64,000 bases of DNA from an uncultured Acidimicrobiales bacterium (GTDB lineage Bacteria; Actinomycetota; Acidimicrobiia; Acidimicrobiales; SHLQ01), in contig CAZSYL010000001.1 of the NCBI GenBank assembly GCA_964610745.1, positions 43,281 to 107,280 on the forward strand. Direction: 5' to 3'. The notes under the pieces are model-generated. The model saw only the letters and a program-made list of their open reading frames with translations. It did not search any database and was not told the DNA's origin. This document shows positions 28,171 through 37,127 of the stretch, piece after piece. How positions within the stretch are numbered: position 1 is the first letter of the stretch; every line of letters begins with the position of its first letter. The translations under genes and the position numbers were made by a program.

Positions 28171-29192
28171 GATGGTGGCTCCTCAGGTTGCTTTAACAAT
28201 AGGTCGAGCAGATTGACGCTCGCGTCGTTCGGCGCGAGGTCGGATCGCTCCGTTTGAGCAAGAATGTCGAGCCCGGCAGGTGAGTCGATCAGCGCGTTGG
28301 CGGCCATGGCCAGGCGATGTTCGACCCGAGCTCGTATCTCGGTTCGAAGCCGATAACTTCGACGGCTTTGACGCAAACCCGACGTGTCGAGGTGCGCGAG
28401 GTGATCTACCGCGGCTGCCCAAACATCGGCAGTCCCATCGCCGTGAAGCGCAGACGCCATGATGATCGGTGGGCGGTAACCCGTGTCGGACTCCTGGCCA
28501 GTCAGGTGGCTGAGGTCCAACATCAAATCGAGGTCGCGGCGCACATCGTCGGCTCCGGGACGGTCGGCTTTGTTGACCACGAACAGGTCGGCCACCTCGA
28601 GCAGGCCCGCCTTGTTTGCCTGAACCGAGTCGCCCATGCCTGGGGTCATGACCACCACGGCGGTGTCAGCTGCACCGACGACATCGACTTCGACTTGACC
28701 AACACCCACGGTCTCGATGATGACCGGGTCATAGCCGACGGCGTCGAACAGTCTGACCGCTAGTGGGACCGCTAGAGCGAGACCACCCGAGTGCCCTCGG
28801 GTGGCCATTGAACGGATGAAAGGAAGTGGGGACGAACCGGCGATTGCGGGAGAATCACGCGTGTCTGCGTCGATGCGTACACGATCGCCAAGGATCGCTC
28901 CACCGGTAAGCGGTGACGATGGGTCGACGGCGAGAACGGCCGGTGACTTGCCAGCAACGACGAGATCGCGAACCAGTTGTCCGACGAGTGTCGACTTTCC
29001 CGAGCCAGGCGAACCGGTGATGCCGATGATGTGGGCCGAGCCCGAGTCGCCGTGGATCAGTCCGCTTAGTTCGTCGGCTCCGGGTCCACCGCGTTCGACG
29101 AGGCTGAGGAGACGGCCGAGCGAGCGGCGCTCACCTGAGCGAGCTTGTGCGTATAGGTCGGCGATGTTCGAACGCACGTCAACGCTTGGCAT
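28167..29192 (-). CDS. meaB: MeaB/ArgK acyl-CoA mutase-associated GTPase
   Basis: GITGSPGSGKST, VDPSSP..GGAILGDR, FIRSMATRG, IETVGVGQ, NKAD; start 29192 or 29177. Confidence 0.92.
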   Translation of the reverse strand: MPSVDVRSNIADLYAQARSGERRSLGRLLSLVERGGPGADELSGLIHGDSGSAHIIGITGSPGSGKSTLVGQLVRDLVVAGKSPAVLAVDPSSPLTGGAILGDRVRIDADTRDSPAIAGSSPLPFIRSMATRGHSGGLALAVPLAVRLFDAVGYDPVIIETVGVGQVEVDVVGAADTAVVVMTPGMGDSVQANKAGLLEVADLFVVNKADRPGADDVRRDLDLMLDLSHLTGQESDTGYRPPIIMASALHGDGTADVWAAAVDHLAHLDTSGLRQSRRSYRLRTEIRARVEHRLAMAANALIDSPAGLDILAQTERSDLAPNDASVNLLDLLLKQPEEPPS

Positions 29193-29598
29193 GGACAGCG
29201 TCGCGAACGGATGCAGCGACACTCTCAGCCGAAGCTCCCGGACCGAGCACAGCGGCCACGCCGGCAGCTGCGAGGGGTTCGAGGTCCTCGTCGGGGACGA
29301 TGCCGCCCACGATGACAGGAGTGTCGAGCCCGGCGGCATTGACCGCTTCGACCATTGCTGGGGCAAGGGTCATGTGGCTGGCGTTGTGCATCGAAAGGCC
29401 AATGGCGTCAGCATCTTCTTCTTCGGCCGCGGAGATGATCATGTCGGTGGTCTGGCGTAGCCCGAGGTAGATAACTTCCATCCCTGCGTCCCGAAGGATG
29501 CGTGCAACGACCTTAATGCCGCGGTCGTGCCCGTCGAGGCCGAGCTTGGCAAGGATGATTCGAATCGGTGGGTTGTCGCTGGTTGAATCGGCGGCCAT
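29179..29598 (-). CDS. icmB: Cobalamin-binding small subunit of acyl-CoA mutase (IcmB-like)
   Basis: KLGLDGHDRG (DxHxxG), IGLS, VIVGG. Confidence 0.85.
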   Translation of the reverse strand: MAADSTSDNPPIRIILAKLGLDGHDRGIKVVARILRDAGMEVIYLGLRQTTDMIISAAEEEDADAIGLSMHNASHMTLAPAMVEAVNAAGLDTPVIVGGIVPDEDLEPLAAAGVAAVLGPGASAESVAASVRDAVHAKR

Positions 29599-31277
29599 TA
29601 GAGCACGACCTTCTCGACGTAAGTGCCAAACACCTTCTCCATCGCCATCGATACTTCTTCGAGCGTGGCGTAGGTCTTGACCGCAGCGATGATCGACGGC
29701 ATCAGGTTGACCTCGGGATTAGCCGCAGCCGCCGTTACTGCGTCGAGTGCGGCACGGACATCGTCGTCGTTGCGTTGCATCTTCACATCAGCGAGGCGCT
29801 TGCGCTGGTATTCCTCCACCTCTGGACCGATTCGCAAGATGTTCTGCTCGCCGTCGTCGCCGTCGGTGAATTCGTTAACGCCGACGATGACACGAGAACC
29901 GTTGTTGACCTCTCGCTCGAAGCGATACGCCGAGTCGGCGATCTCGCTGACGAAGTAACCGTTGTCGATTCCGGCATAGACACCTTCGAGGATCGAGCCA
30001 TCGCCCAAATCGTCGAGATGGGCAAAGATCGCCTCGGCTTGTCGTTCCATCTCGTTGGTCATCCACTCGACGTAGTCGGATCCGCCGAGCGGATCGATCA
30101 CGTCCGCGGCGCCTGTCTCATGGGCTACGATCTGCTGGGTCCGAAGCGCGATTCGAGCAGCCTTTTCGGTAGGCAATGCCATGGCCTCGTCGAAGCTATC
30201 GGTGTGGAGGCTCTGGGTTCCGCCGAGCACACCTGCGAGCGCCTGGATAGCGACACGAGCAATGTTGATCTCGGGTTGTTGCGCGGTGAGTGAGACGCCA
30301 GCGGTTTGTGTGTGAAAGCGACAGAGCATGGAACGTTCGGCCTTGGCGCCATACCGCTCCTTCATCCAGCGAGCCCAGATTCGTCGAGCTGCACGCAGCT
30401 TGCCGATCTCTTCAAAGAAGTCGCTGTGGCTGTTGAAGAAGAAACTTAGGCGGCCCGCAAATTCATCGACGTCAACCCCCGCAGCGACCGCGGCTTCGAC
30501 ATATGCGAAACCGTTGGCGAGGGTGAAAGCGAGCTCTTCGGCGGCCGTGCTGCCCGCCTCCCGAATGTGGTAACCGCTGATCGAAATCGGGTGCCACTTC
30601 GGCATCTCCTCCGACGTGAACTTGATCATGTCGGTGATGATGCGGACGCTCGGCCGTGGCGGATAGATGTACTCCTTCTGGGCTTGGTACTCCTTGAAGA
30701 TGTCGCTCTGGATCGTTCCGGCGAGATCGTTGAGATCGACACCATTCTCTTCGGCTACAGCGATGTACATGCCAAGGATGACCGCAGCGGGACCATTGAT
30801 CGTCATCGATGTTGACACCGATGCGAGGTCGACGTTGGCGAACAGGTCTCGCATGTCGGCGAGGGTGTCGACGGCAACGCCGCAGTGGCCAACTTCGCCA
30901 AGCGCCCAGGGGCTATCGGAATCTCGACCCATCAGGGTGGGCATGTCGAACGCGGTGGACAGGCCGGTTCCGCCGTTGCGGAGGATGTCTTGGAACCGAG
31001 CGTTGGTATCTTCGGCCGTTCCGAATCCGGCGAACATCCGCATGGTCCACAGACGACTGCGATACATCGATGGATACACACCGCGCGTGTACGGGTACTC
31101 CCCCGGGTATGGGCCAGGGCCGTAGATCGGCTCGACCGGCACTCCCGACATCGTTGTGAAGGGAGCGTCACGCAGGTTCGATGCGTCGTAGCGCTCTTTC
31201 CATGCTGCGTACTCGGGCGATGCACGCCACGCCTGCTCTTCGGCACTGCTGGCGTTGTGGCTTGTTTCGTCAGTCAT
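29598..31277 (-). CDS. icmA: Acyl-CoA mutase large subunit with isobutyryl-CoA mutase signature
   Basis: WTMRMFAGFG (Phe at MCM Tyr89 position) and IFKEYQAQKE (Gln at MCM Arg207 position); ISISGYHIREAG. Confidence 0.8.
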   Translation of the reverse strand: MTDETSHNASSAEEQAWRASPEYAAWKERYDASNLRDAPFTTMSGVPVEPIYGPGPYPGEYPYTRGVYPSMYRSRLWTMRMFAGFGTAEDTNARFQDILRNGGTGLSTAFDMPTLMGRDSDSPWALGEVGHCGVAVDTLADMRDLFANVDLASVSTSMTINGPAAVILGMYIAVAEENGVDLNDLAGTIQSDIFKEYQAQKEYIYPPRPSVRIITDMIKFTSEEMPKWHPISISGYHIREAGSTAAEELAFTLANGFAYVEAAVAAGVDVDEFAGRLSFFFNSHSDFFEEIGKLRAARRIWARWMKERYGAKAERSMLCRFHTQTAGVSLTAQQPEINIARVAIQALAGVLGGTQSLHTDSFDEAMALPTEKAARIALRTQQIVAHETGAADVIDPLGGSDYVEWMTNEMERQAEAIFAHLDDLGDGSILEGVYAGIDNGYFVSEIADSAYRFEREVNNGSRVIVGVNEFTDGDDGEQNILRIGPEVEEYQRKRLADVKMQRNDDDVRAALDAVTAAAANPEVNLMPSIIAAVKTYATLEEVSMAMEKVFGTYVEKVVL

Positions 31278-31302
31278 GAACTCCCCCATCAATTCGTTCG
31301 TG

Positions 31303-31845
31303 CTACTTGTTTGCTCGCAGCGATCCGGACACGTTGTCACCTGCCGAGCCGCGCACTTCGGCTAGCTCGGCATTCAGTTGCTGAAGCTGATCATCTTCGA
31401 CTTCGCCCATCCCCCAGCGAATTGCTTCGAGCGCAGCGGTTGCTTCCGCGTGCCGGTCACGTCCGGTCGTCGTGAGCGTGGCCAACGTCGCCCGTCGGTC
31501 ATCGGGATGAGGCGTGCGCTCGACGAGTCCGTCTCGTTCGAGACGGTCGATCGTGCTCGTGACACTCGTTGGGTGGACCTGCAATCGTTCGCCCATACGC
31601 GCCATCGCCATAGAGCTGTTCCGGGTGAAGCTCAACAATGCAAGCGCCTCGTACCGGCTGAACGTGAGTGAGAGCGGAGTCAACGCTTGATTGATGCGAC
31701 CGAGGACGATTTGGTGTGCTCGGGCAAGTGACGTTGCCGAAACCATCGCCTCGACCTCACCAAGCCCAGTGTCGATCCAGTTCCTACGAGCCTCGGCTAC
31801 CAAGTCCATGCCCGTGCCGGACTCATGCGAATTCGTATCTCCCAC
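31303..31845 (-). CDS. MarR-family regulator
   Basis: LQVHPTSVTSTIDRLERDGLVERTPHPDDRRA; GTG 6 nt after TATCTT. Confidence 0.9.
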   Translation of the reverse strand: MGDTNSHESGTGMDLVAEARRNWIDTGLGEVEAMVSATSLARAHQIVLGRINQALTPLSLTFSRYEALALLSFTRNSSMAMARMGERLQVHPTSVTSTIDRLERDGLVERTPHPDDRRATLATLTTTGRDRHAEATAALEAIRWGMGEVEDDQLQQLNAELAEVRGSAGDNVSGSLRANK

Positions 31846-31869
31846 AACTTCAAGATAGCAGGATCATCC

Positions 31870-31891
31870 AATAGTCGGATGTCCTACTATT
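31870..31891. promoter_or_regulatory. Palindromic operator AATAGTCGGA-TG-TCCTACTATT between divergent marR-icm and carotenoid oxygenase promoters
   Basis: 9 of 10 arm positions pair; lies over the expected -35 zones of both promoters. Confidence 0.7.
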
Positions 31892-31922
31892 TCTAGGTCC
31901 GGTGTTCGAGTAGCGTCCGTTC

Positions 31923-33230
31923 ATGACGATCTACGACGCCTCCCCGTATCTCGATGGAAACTTTGCGCCGGTCACCGAAGAGCTCACGGCCACCGACCTG
32001 GTGGTGACGGGTTCGATCCCCGCCGAACTCGAGGGACGTTTCGTCCGCAACGGGCCGAACCCGCGCACGATTCCCAAGGTCGACAAACACCACTGGTTCC
32101 TGGGCGAAGGAATGGTGCACGGGATCCGCCTTGGTGATGGCAAGGCGCAGTGGTATCGGAATCGTTTCGTCGCTCCTGAAGGATCGGACATCTTTGGCCC
32201 AAACACTCACGTGGTCGGCCACGCCGGCAAAACGTTGGCGATTGTCGAGGGCGGCCCGCTGCCGGTCGAGCTCGACGAGGAGTTGAACTTTGTTGGCACG
32301 ACCGACTTGGGTGGGTTGCCGTCTGGGTTCAGCGCACATCCCAAGCTCGACCCGATCACCGGTGAGCTTCATGCGGCGGCGTATCACTGGCCCGACCAGG
32401 TCGACAAGATTCACTACGTCGTCGTCGATGCCGGGGGCCTGGTATCGAAGTCGATCGCAATCCCGGCGCCGAAGATGCCGATGATTCACGACATGGCTCT
32501 CACCCAGAACTACGCCGCGATCTTCGATCTGCCCGTTGCGGTCAACATCGAGATGGCCATGGAGGGCTACACCTTTCCCATGGCCTGGGACCGAGAGTAT
32601 GAGCCTCGAGTCGGATTGATCCCACGGACGGCGGCGACGAGCGACGACATCATCTGGTGCGAGGTAGATCCGATCTGGGTGTACCACCCAATGAACAGTT
32701 ACGACCGCGAAGACGGCGCCGTCGTTATCGACGTCTGCGAATACGACTCGATGTTCGACTCCGATCGCAACGGCCCGCTTCGCGACTCGCCCCCTCGACT
32801 GTCGCGTTGGGTTGTCGATCCGTCTACGAAGAGGGTCTCCCGGGAGACCCTCGATGATGCCACGCAAGAGTTCCCGAGGGTTAGTGACGACGTGGCCACT
32901 CTCCCCTACCGCTACGGCTACACGTCCGGCGGCGATGAGTCAACGCTCGACTGGTTCGCCACGACGATCAAGCACGATCTCGATACCCAGAGCCGAACCG
33001 TCCGAGCGCACGGAGATGGTCGCGAACCCGGCGAGCCGGTGTTCGTGCCACGCGAGGGGGCAACCGCCGAAGACGATGGCTGGTTGATGATGTACGTCTA
33101 CGACCGAGGTCGCGACTCAACGGACTTTGTGATCCTCGATGCAACCGACATCACCGGTGAGGAAGTTGCCCGAATCGAGCTGCCTCAGCGAGTTCCCAAC
33201 GGCTTCCACGGCAGTTGGATTTCTGACTAG
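31923..33230 (+). CDS. Carotenoid oxygenase (RPE65/CCD) family dioxygenase
   Basis: RNGPNP, HWFLGEGMVHG, four Fe-ligand His (SAHPK, MIHDM, VYHPMN, GFHGSW), EFPRV, GEPVFVP. Confidence 0.93.
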   Translation: MTIYDASPYLDGNFAPVTEELTATDLVVTGSIPAELEGRFVRNGPNPRTIPKVDKHHWFLGEGMVHGIRLGDGKAQWYRNRFVAPEGSDIFGPNTHVVGHAGKTLAIVEGGPLPVELDEELNFVGTTDLGGLPSGFSAHPKLDPITGELHAAAYHWPDQVDKIHYVVVDAGGLVSKSIAIPAPKMPMIHDMALTQNYAAIFDLPVAVNIEMAMEGYTFPMAWDREYEPRVGLIPRTAATSDDIIWCEVDPIWVYHPMNSYDREDGAVVIDVCEYDSMFDSDRNGPLRDSPPRLSRWVVDPSTKRVSRETLDDATQEFPRVSDDVATLPYRYGYTSGGDESTLDWFATTIKHDLDTQSRTVRAHGDGREPGEPVFVPREGATAEDDGWLMMYVYDRGRDSTDFVILDATDITGEEVARIELPQRVPNGFHGSWISD

Positions 33231-33652
33231 CTCAGCCGTTCAGCGATCTTCTCCGCTTCTCCCGCAATACCCGACTTCAGGAGCGAGTTGAGAGTGATCG
33301 CAACCGGCTTAGTCATAAACGACGTTGCCTTGGCGCTGACATCGACCATGATCGTCGTTGGAGTAGACGTCGGTGCAGGACTTCGCAGCACGAGATCGAT
33401 ACTGATCTCCAGGCCCTTCTGTGCGCCTCGAATCTGCATGGAAGGCTTCTTCGCCTGCACTGAAGCCTCACCGTCTACCCGGCCAAGGGCAGTGTCGACC
33501 GAGAACTCGAAAGAGGTCAGGTTGCCCTTCGGGTCGTACGTGGCGTTGCAGAGATTCTCGATTTCAGCGACACCCTCCCACGTCGACAGTTCCTGCAGTC
33601 GCGGCCATGCGTCGTCGACCGACACATCCACGTCCAGCGAGGTCTTGGCCAC
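33227..33652 (-). CDS. SRPBCC/CoxG-like protein
   Basis: VDVSVDDAWPRLQELSTW N-terminus, 141 aa, coupled to the crotonase gene. Confidence 0.55.
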   Translation of the reverse strand: MAKTSLDVDVSVDDAWPRLQELSTWEGVAEIENLCNATYDPKGNLTSFEFSVDTALGRVDGEASVQAKKPSMQIRGAQKGLEISIDLVLRSPAPTSTPTTIMVDVSAKATSFMTKPVAITLNSLLKSGIAGEAEKIAERLS

Positions 33653-34431
33653 TACTTGCCCTGCCAGTTAGGCGCACGCTTCTCGGCAAAGGCGGTCGCT
33701 CCTTCGCGTCCATCTTCTGAGGAGAAAACCACGTCGTACCAGTTCTCGCGTTGATACTCCCAGAACTCAGCTTCGGTACGGCCCTGCATCTCGCGGATCA
33801 TGTCCTTGCTGGCCATGAGCGCCAGCGGAGCATTTTGCGCAACCTGCTCGGCTAGCTCGAGTGCCGCATGGAGCGCCTCGCCCTTCGGCGTGACCTCGAC
33901 AACGAAACCGTAGCCGTGTGCTTCCTCGGCGGTTATTGGCTTGGCGGTCAGTGCCATCTTCATCGCCACGGCATATGGGACGACGCGAGGCAGGCGGAGG
34001 AGGCCGCCAGCGCCTGCGAAGAGACCAACACCAGCTTCGGGGATCCCGAACTTTGCGCCCTCGCTCGCAACGATCAGATCCGTGGCCAATGCGAGCTCGA
34101 GACCGCCTGCGAGCGCGAAACCTTCGACCGCCGCGATCATTGGCTTCTTCGGCGCCTGTTCGGTGAGGCCACCGAAGCCTCGGCCGGGAATGCTCGGGAA
34201 GTTGCCTTTGACGAAGGCCTTAAGGTCCATACCTGCACAGAAGCCACGACCGTTGCCGGTCAATACACCCACCGAAAGCTCGGGGTTACTGTCCAGCTCG
34301 TCGACGGCCGCAGCCAGCGCCTGGGCAAGTTCCTGGTTCACGGCGTTCATTGCTTCGGGACGGTTGAGCGTGATCACAAGAACCCGCCCCCGAACCTCGG
34401 TCAGCACTTCAGCTTCAGCTGCTTCAGACAT
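33652..34431 (-). CDS. Enoyl-CoA hydratase/crotonase
   Basis: ITLNRPEAMNA, FCAGMDL, ALAGGLELALATD, FGIPE. Confidence 0.93.
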   Translation of the reverse strand: MSEAAEAEVLTEVRGRVLVITLNRPEAMNAVNQELAQALAAAVDELDSNPELSVGVLTGNGRGFCAGMDLKAFVKGNFPSIPGRGFGGLTEQAPKKPMIAAVEGFALAGGLELALATDLIVASEGAKFGIPEAGVGLFAGAGGLLRLPRVVPYAVAMKMALTAKPITAEEAHGYGFVVEVTPKGEALHAALELAEQVAQNAPLALMASKDMIREMQGRTEAEFWEYQRENWYDVVFSSEDGREGATAFAEKRAPNWQGK

Positions 34432-34440
34432 CGGTGACTC

Positions 34441-35223
34441 CTACTTTGGTGGGAGGCGGACGCCGGCGTCGATGCGCACGGTTTCGCCATTCATATAGCT
34501 GTTGGTTAGCAGCTCGCTCACTAGCGTGGCGAGTTCGTCGGCGTATCCGAGACGCTTCGGGAACAACACGCTCTGGCCCAGGGTGTCCTTGAACTCCTGA
34601 GGATCACGACCACCAGCGGCCATCTTGTCGTAGATCGGAGTGTCAAACAATCCTGGTGCCACCGTATTTACGCGCACACCAACGGCGCTCAGGTCGCGAG
34701 CGATCGGCAGGGTCATTCCGGCAATTCCCGCCTTGGTTGCCGAGTAGGCAGCCTGTCCAATCTGTCCATCGAAGGCAGCAACTGAGGCAAAGTTGACAAT
34801 CGAACCACGCTCGCCGTCCTCCAGCGGATCGGTCTTGCTCATCGCTGCTGCAGCGAGTCGAGTCGAGTTAAACGTGCCAATCAGGTTGATCCGGACCACG
34901 GTTTCGAAAGCTTCGAGATCGAACGGGTCACCGTTGCGGTTGACGGTCCGCATGGCGTGCCCAACACCGGCGGCGTTGACCGCCGCTCGCAGTGGACCCA
35001 TCTCGCCGGCGGTGTCGATAGCCACCTGCATCTGTTCCGCGTCCGCCACGTCGGCCTTGACGAACATGCCACCGAGCTCGGTCGCCGCAGCGTTTCCGGC
35101 TTCTTCATTCAGGTCTGCGATGAGCACCTTCGCGCCCCCAGTCGCCAACTTCTGTGCGCACGCGAGACCAAGGCCCGAAGCCCCTCCGGTTACCAGTGCC
35201 GATGCGCCATTGAGATCCAACAT
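34441..35223 (-). CDS. SDR, type II 3-hydroxyacyl-CoA dehydrogenase-like
   Basis: TGGASGLG, NFASVAAFDGQIGQAAYSATK, NGETVRIDAGVRL. Confidence 0.9.
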   Translation of the reverse strand: MLDLNGASALVTGGASGLGLACAQKLATGGAKVLIADLNEEAGNAAATELGGMFVKADVADAEQMQVAIDTAGEMGPLRAAVNAAGVGHAMRTVNRNGDPFDLEAFETVVRINLIGTFNSTRLAAAAMSKTDPLEDGERGSIVNFASVAAFDGQIGQAAYSATKAGIAGMTLPIARDLSAVGVRVNTVAPGLFDTPIYDKMAAGGRDPQEFKDTLGQSVLFPKRLGYADELATLVSELLTNSYMNGETVRIDAGVRLPPK

Positions 35224-35290
35224 GTTCTAAACCTTTCCTGCCGATCAGCTGTCTGACCGTGCGAGTGATCATAGGGCTTAGCCTTGCGAG

Positions 35291-36628
35291 ATGCGTTTAC
35301 GGATAACCGAGCTCGACCGGGAGATCGCCAAACTGGCAATACCGGCTCTCGGCGCCCTTATCGCCGAGCCTCTCTATGTACTCGTCGACACGGCCGTAGT
35401 CGGCCGTTTCCTCGGCACCAACGCATTGGCGGGTCTGGCCGTAGCCAGCCAAACGCTGTTGACACTGCACGCCGTCATGGTCTTCCTGGCGTACGGCACG
35501 ACCGCTGCGGTCTCTCGCTTGCTGGGCGCAAACCAATCAGTCCGCGCTGCACACCACGCCATCCAGGGACTATGGCTCGCCGTGGGATCTGGAATTCTGC
35601 TGAGCCTGCTGGCTTGGGCTTTTGCTGACCCGATCCTCGCGTTGATCGGCGAGACGAACGACGGCAACGCCGAAGCCGTACTGGGCCAAGCGCGGACGTA
35701 CTTCATCATCAGCCTGTGGGGCTTCCCACCGTCCTTGCTCGTGTTGAGCGGGGTCGGCTATCTGCGAGGCTTGCAGGACACGACCCGTCCGCTCATCGTC
35801 GCTGTCGTGACCGCAGTGATCAACCTGCTGATCGAACTCGTCCTCATCGTCGGTCTCGACTTTGAGATCGGCGCCTCGGCTCTGGCCACAGTGATCGCCC
35901 AATGGCTAGCGGCGGCGACCTACCTGTACTGGATTGGGCGCGACGTACGTTCTCACGGTGTCCCCTTCGGACCGGAGTTCAAAGAGATTTTCCGCCTGCT
36001 GCGCGTGGGCGGAGCACTGTTCGTTCGTACCGCGGCGTTGCGAGGCAGCTTTACCGTCACGGTGGCGGCGGCGAGCAGGATTAGCACCGAGGCACTGGCC
36101 GCGCACGAGATCGCCTTTCAGTTCTTCATCTTCACCGCCCTCGTCCTCGACGCGGTCGCGATAGCGGGCCAAGCGATCATCGGCCGGTTCCTCGGCGCGC
36201 ACGACCGTGAGGGCGCTCGCGCGTCAAGCCAACGAGTGCTTCTCTGGGGGGTGCTCGTCGGTGTCGTGACACTCGTGATCTTTGGGGCGGGCGCGACGTC
36301 GCTCCCCAACCTGTTCACCAACGATCCCGCTGTTGCCTCCCTCGCCGTCATCGCAATGATTCACCTGGCGCTCATGCAGCCGTTGAACGGCGCGGTTTTC
36401 GCAGTCGATGGCATCCTCATCGGTGCAGGAGATCAGACCTTCCTCGCGTGGGCAATGGCTGGGGCAGCCGTCGTGTTCATTCCGCTCGCACTCGCGGTTC
36501 CGGCACTCAGCCTGGGTCTTGGCTGGCTGTGGGGAAGCATGTGGGTTCTGATGGCAGGACGAGCTGTCGCGCTGTTGTGGCGACTGCGGTCAGAATCGTG
36601 GCTCGTGCTTGGCGAACACCTCAACTAA
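35291..36628 (+). CDS. MATE family efflux transporter (DinF-like)
   Basis: LAIPALGALIAEPLYVLVDTAVVG, GYLRGLQDT, LAAHEI. Confidence 0.92.
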   Translation: MRLRITELDREIAKLAIPALGALIAEPLYVLVDTAVVGRFLGTNALAGLAVASQTLLTLHAVMVFLAYGTTAAVSRLLGANQSVRAAHHAIQGLWLAVGSGILLSLLAWAFADPILALIGETNDGNAEAVLGQARTYFIISLWGFPPSLLVLSGVGYLRGLQDTTRPLIVAVVTAVINLLIELVLIVGLDFEIGASALATVIAQWLAAATYLYWIGRDVRSHGVPFGPEFKEIFRLLRVGGALFVRTAALRGSFTVTVAAASRISTEALAAHEIAFQFFIFTALVLDAVAIAGQAIIGRFLGAHDREGARASSQRVLLWGVLVGVVTLVIFGAGATSLPNLFTNDPAVASLAVIAMIHLALMQPLNGAVFAVDGILIGAGDQTFLAWAMAGAAVVFIPLALAVPALSLGLGWLWGSMWVLMAGRAVALLWRLRSESWLVLGEHLN

Positions 36629-36660
36629 CCGAGGCCGCTGAAGGGTGTGGTCGCGATCGA

Positions 36661-36879
36661 CTAGCTGGCGAGTTCGATGGCGGCTGTAGCTTCGCGGAGA
36701 CGCATCTCACCCATGCCAACGATGCGCCACCATTGATGGCCTGTCGATGACTGGATCCGTACTCGACTACCGGGACGCATCCCTGGAAGCGAGGTCAGCC
36801 AGACCCGACGCAACTCACCATCGCGAACGATGTTGGTCTTCACTTCGAGCTCAAGATATGACGGCTCTGAATTCCTCAT
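36661..36879 (-). CDS. Small hypothetical protein (72 aa)
   Basis: MRNSEPSYLELEVKTNIVRDGELRRVWL...; ATG 8 nt after TACGGT; the longer 201-aa ORF call crosses the palindromes and is probably an overextension. Confidence 0.5.
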   Translation of the reverse strand: MRNSEPSYLELEVKTNIVRDGELRRVWLTSLPGMRPGSRVRIQSSTGHQWWRIVGMGEMRLREATAAIELAS

Positions 36880-36943
36880 GACCCGGCACCGTAGGCGCGC
36901 CCTCAACCAAGGTGTTAATCCATTCGTAACGTTTTCGCGCGTG

Positions 36944-36983
36944 TGGGGTCGTACCCCTTTCGCGCGAAAGGGGTACGACCCCA
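36944..36983. repeat. Perfect 40-bp palindrome (REP-like) TGGGGTCGTACCCCTTTCGCGCGAAAGGGGTACGACCCCA
   Basis: Self-reverse-complementary over all 40 nt. Confidence 0.95.
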
Positions 36984-37053
36984 AAGCCTTGAGTGCCCCT
37001 AGCCACGGCGGTTTTGCGCTCCTGGCCGTGCGCTTGGACCAATACCGACCACG

Positions 37054-37089
37054 AAGGGGTCTGACCCCTTTTTCGAAAAAGGGGTCAGA
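37054..37089. repeat. Second REP-like palindrome: GGGGTCTGACCCC core, 30-bp perfect palindrome at 37060-37089
   Basis: TCTGACCCCTTTTTC/GAAAAAGGGGTCAGA; same GGGGTCnnACCCCTTT...AAAGGGGT plan as the first copy. Confidence 0.9.
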
Positions 37090-37127
37090 GCAGGTTACGG
37101 TTCGTAATAGTTGCCCGAGGGTGAGGC

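Noticed and set aside
36944-37089. Palindromes as a CRISPR array
   Set aside because: Only two non-identical units, no regular repeat-spacer periodicity, no cas genes
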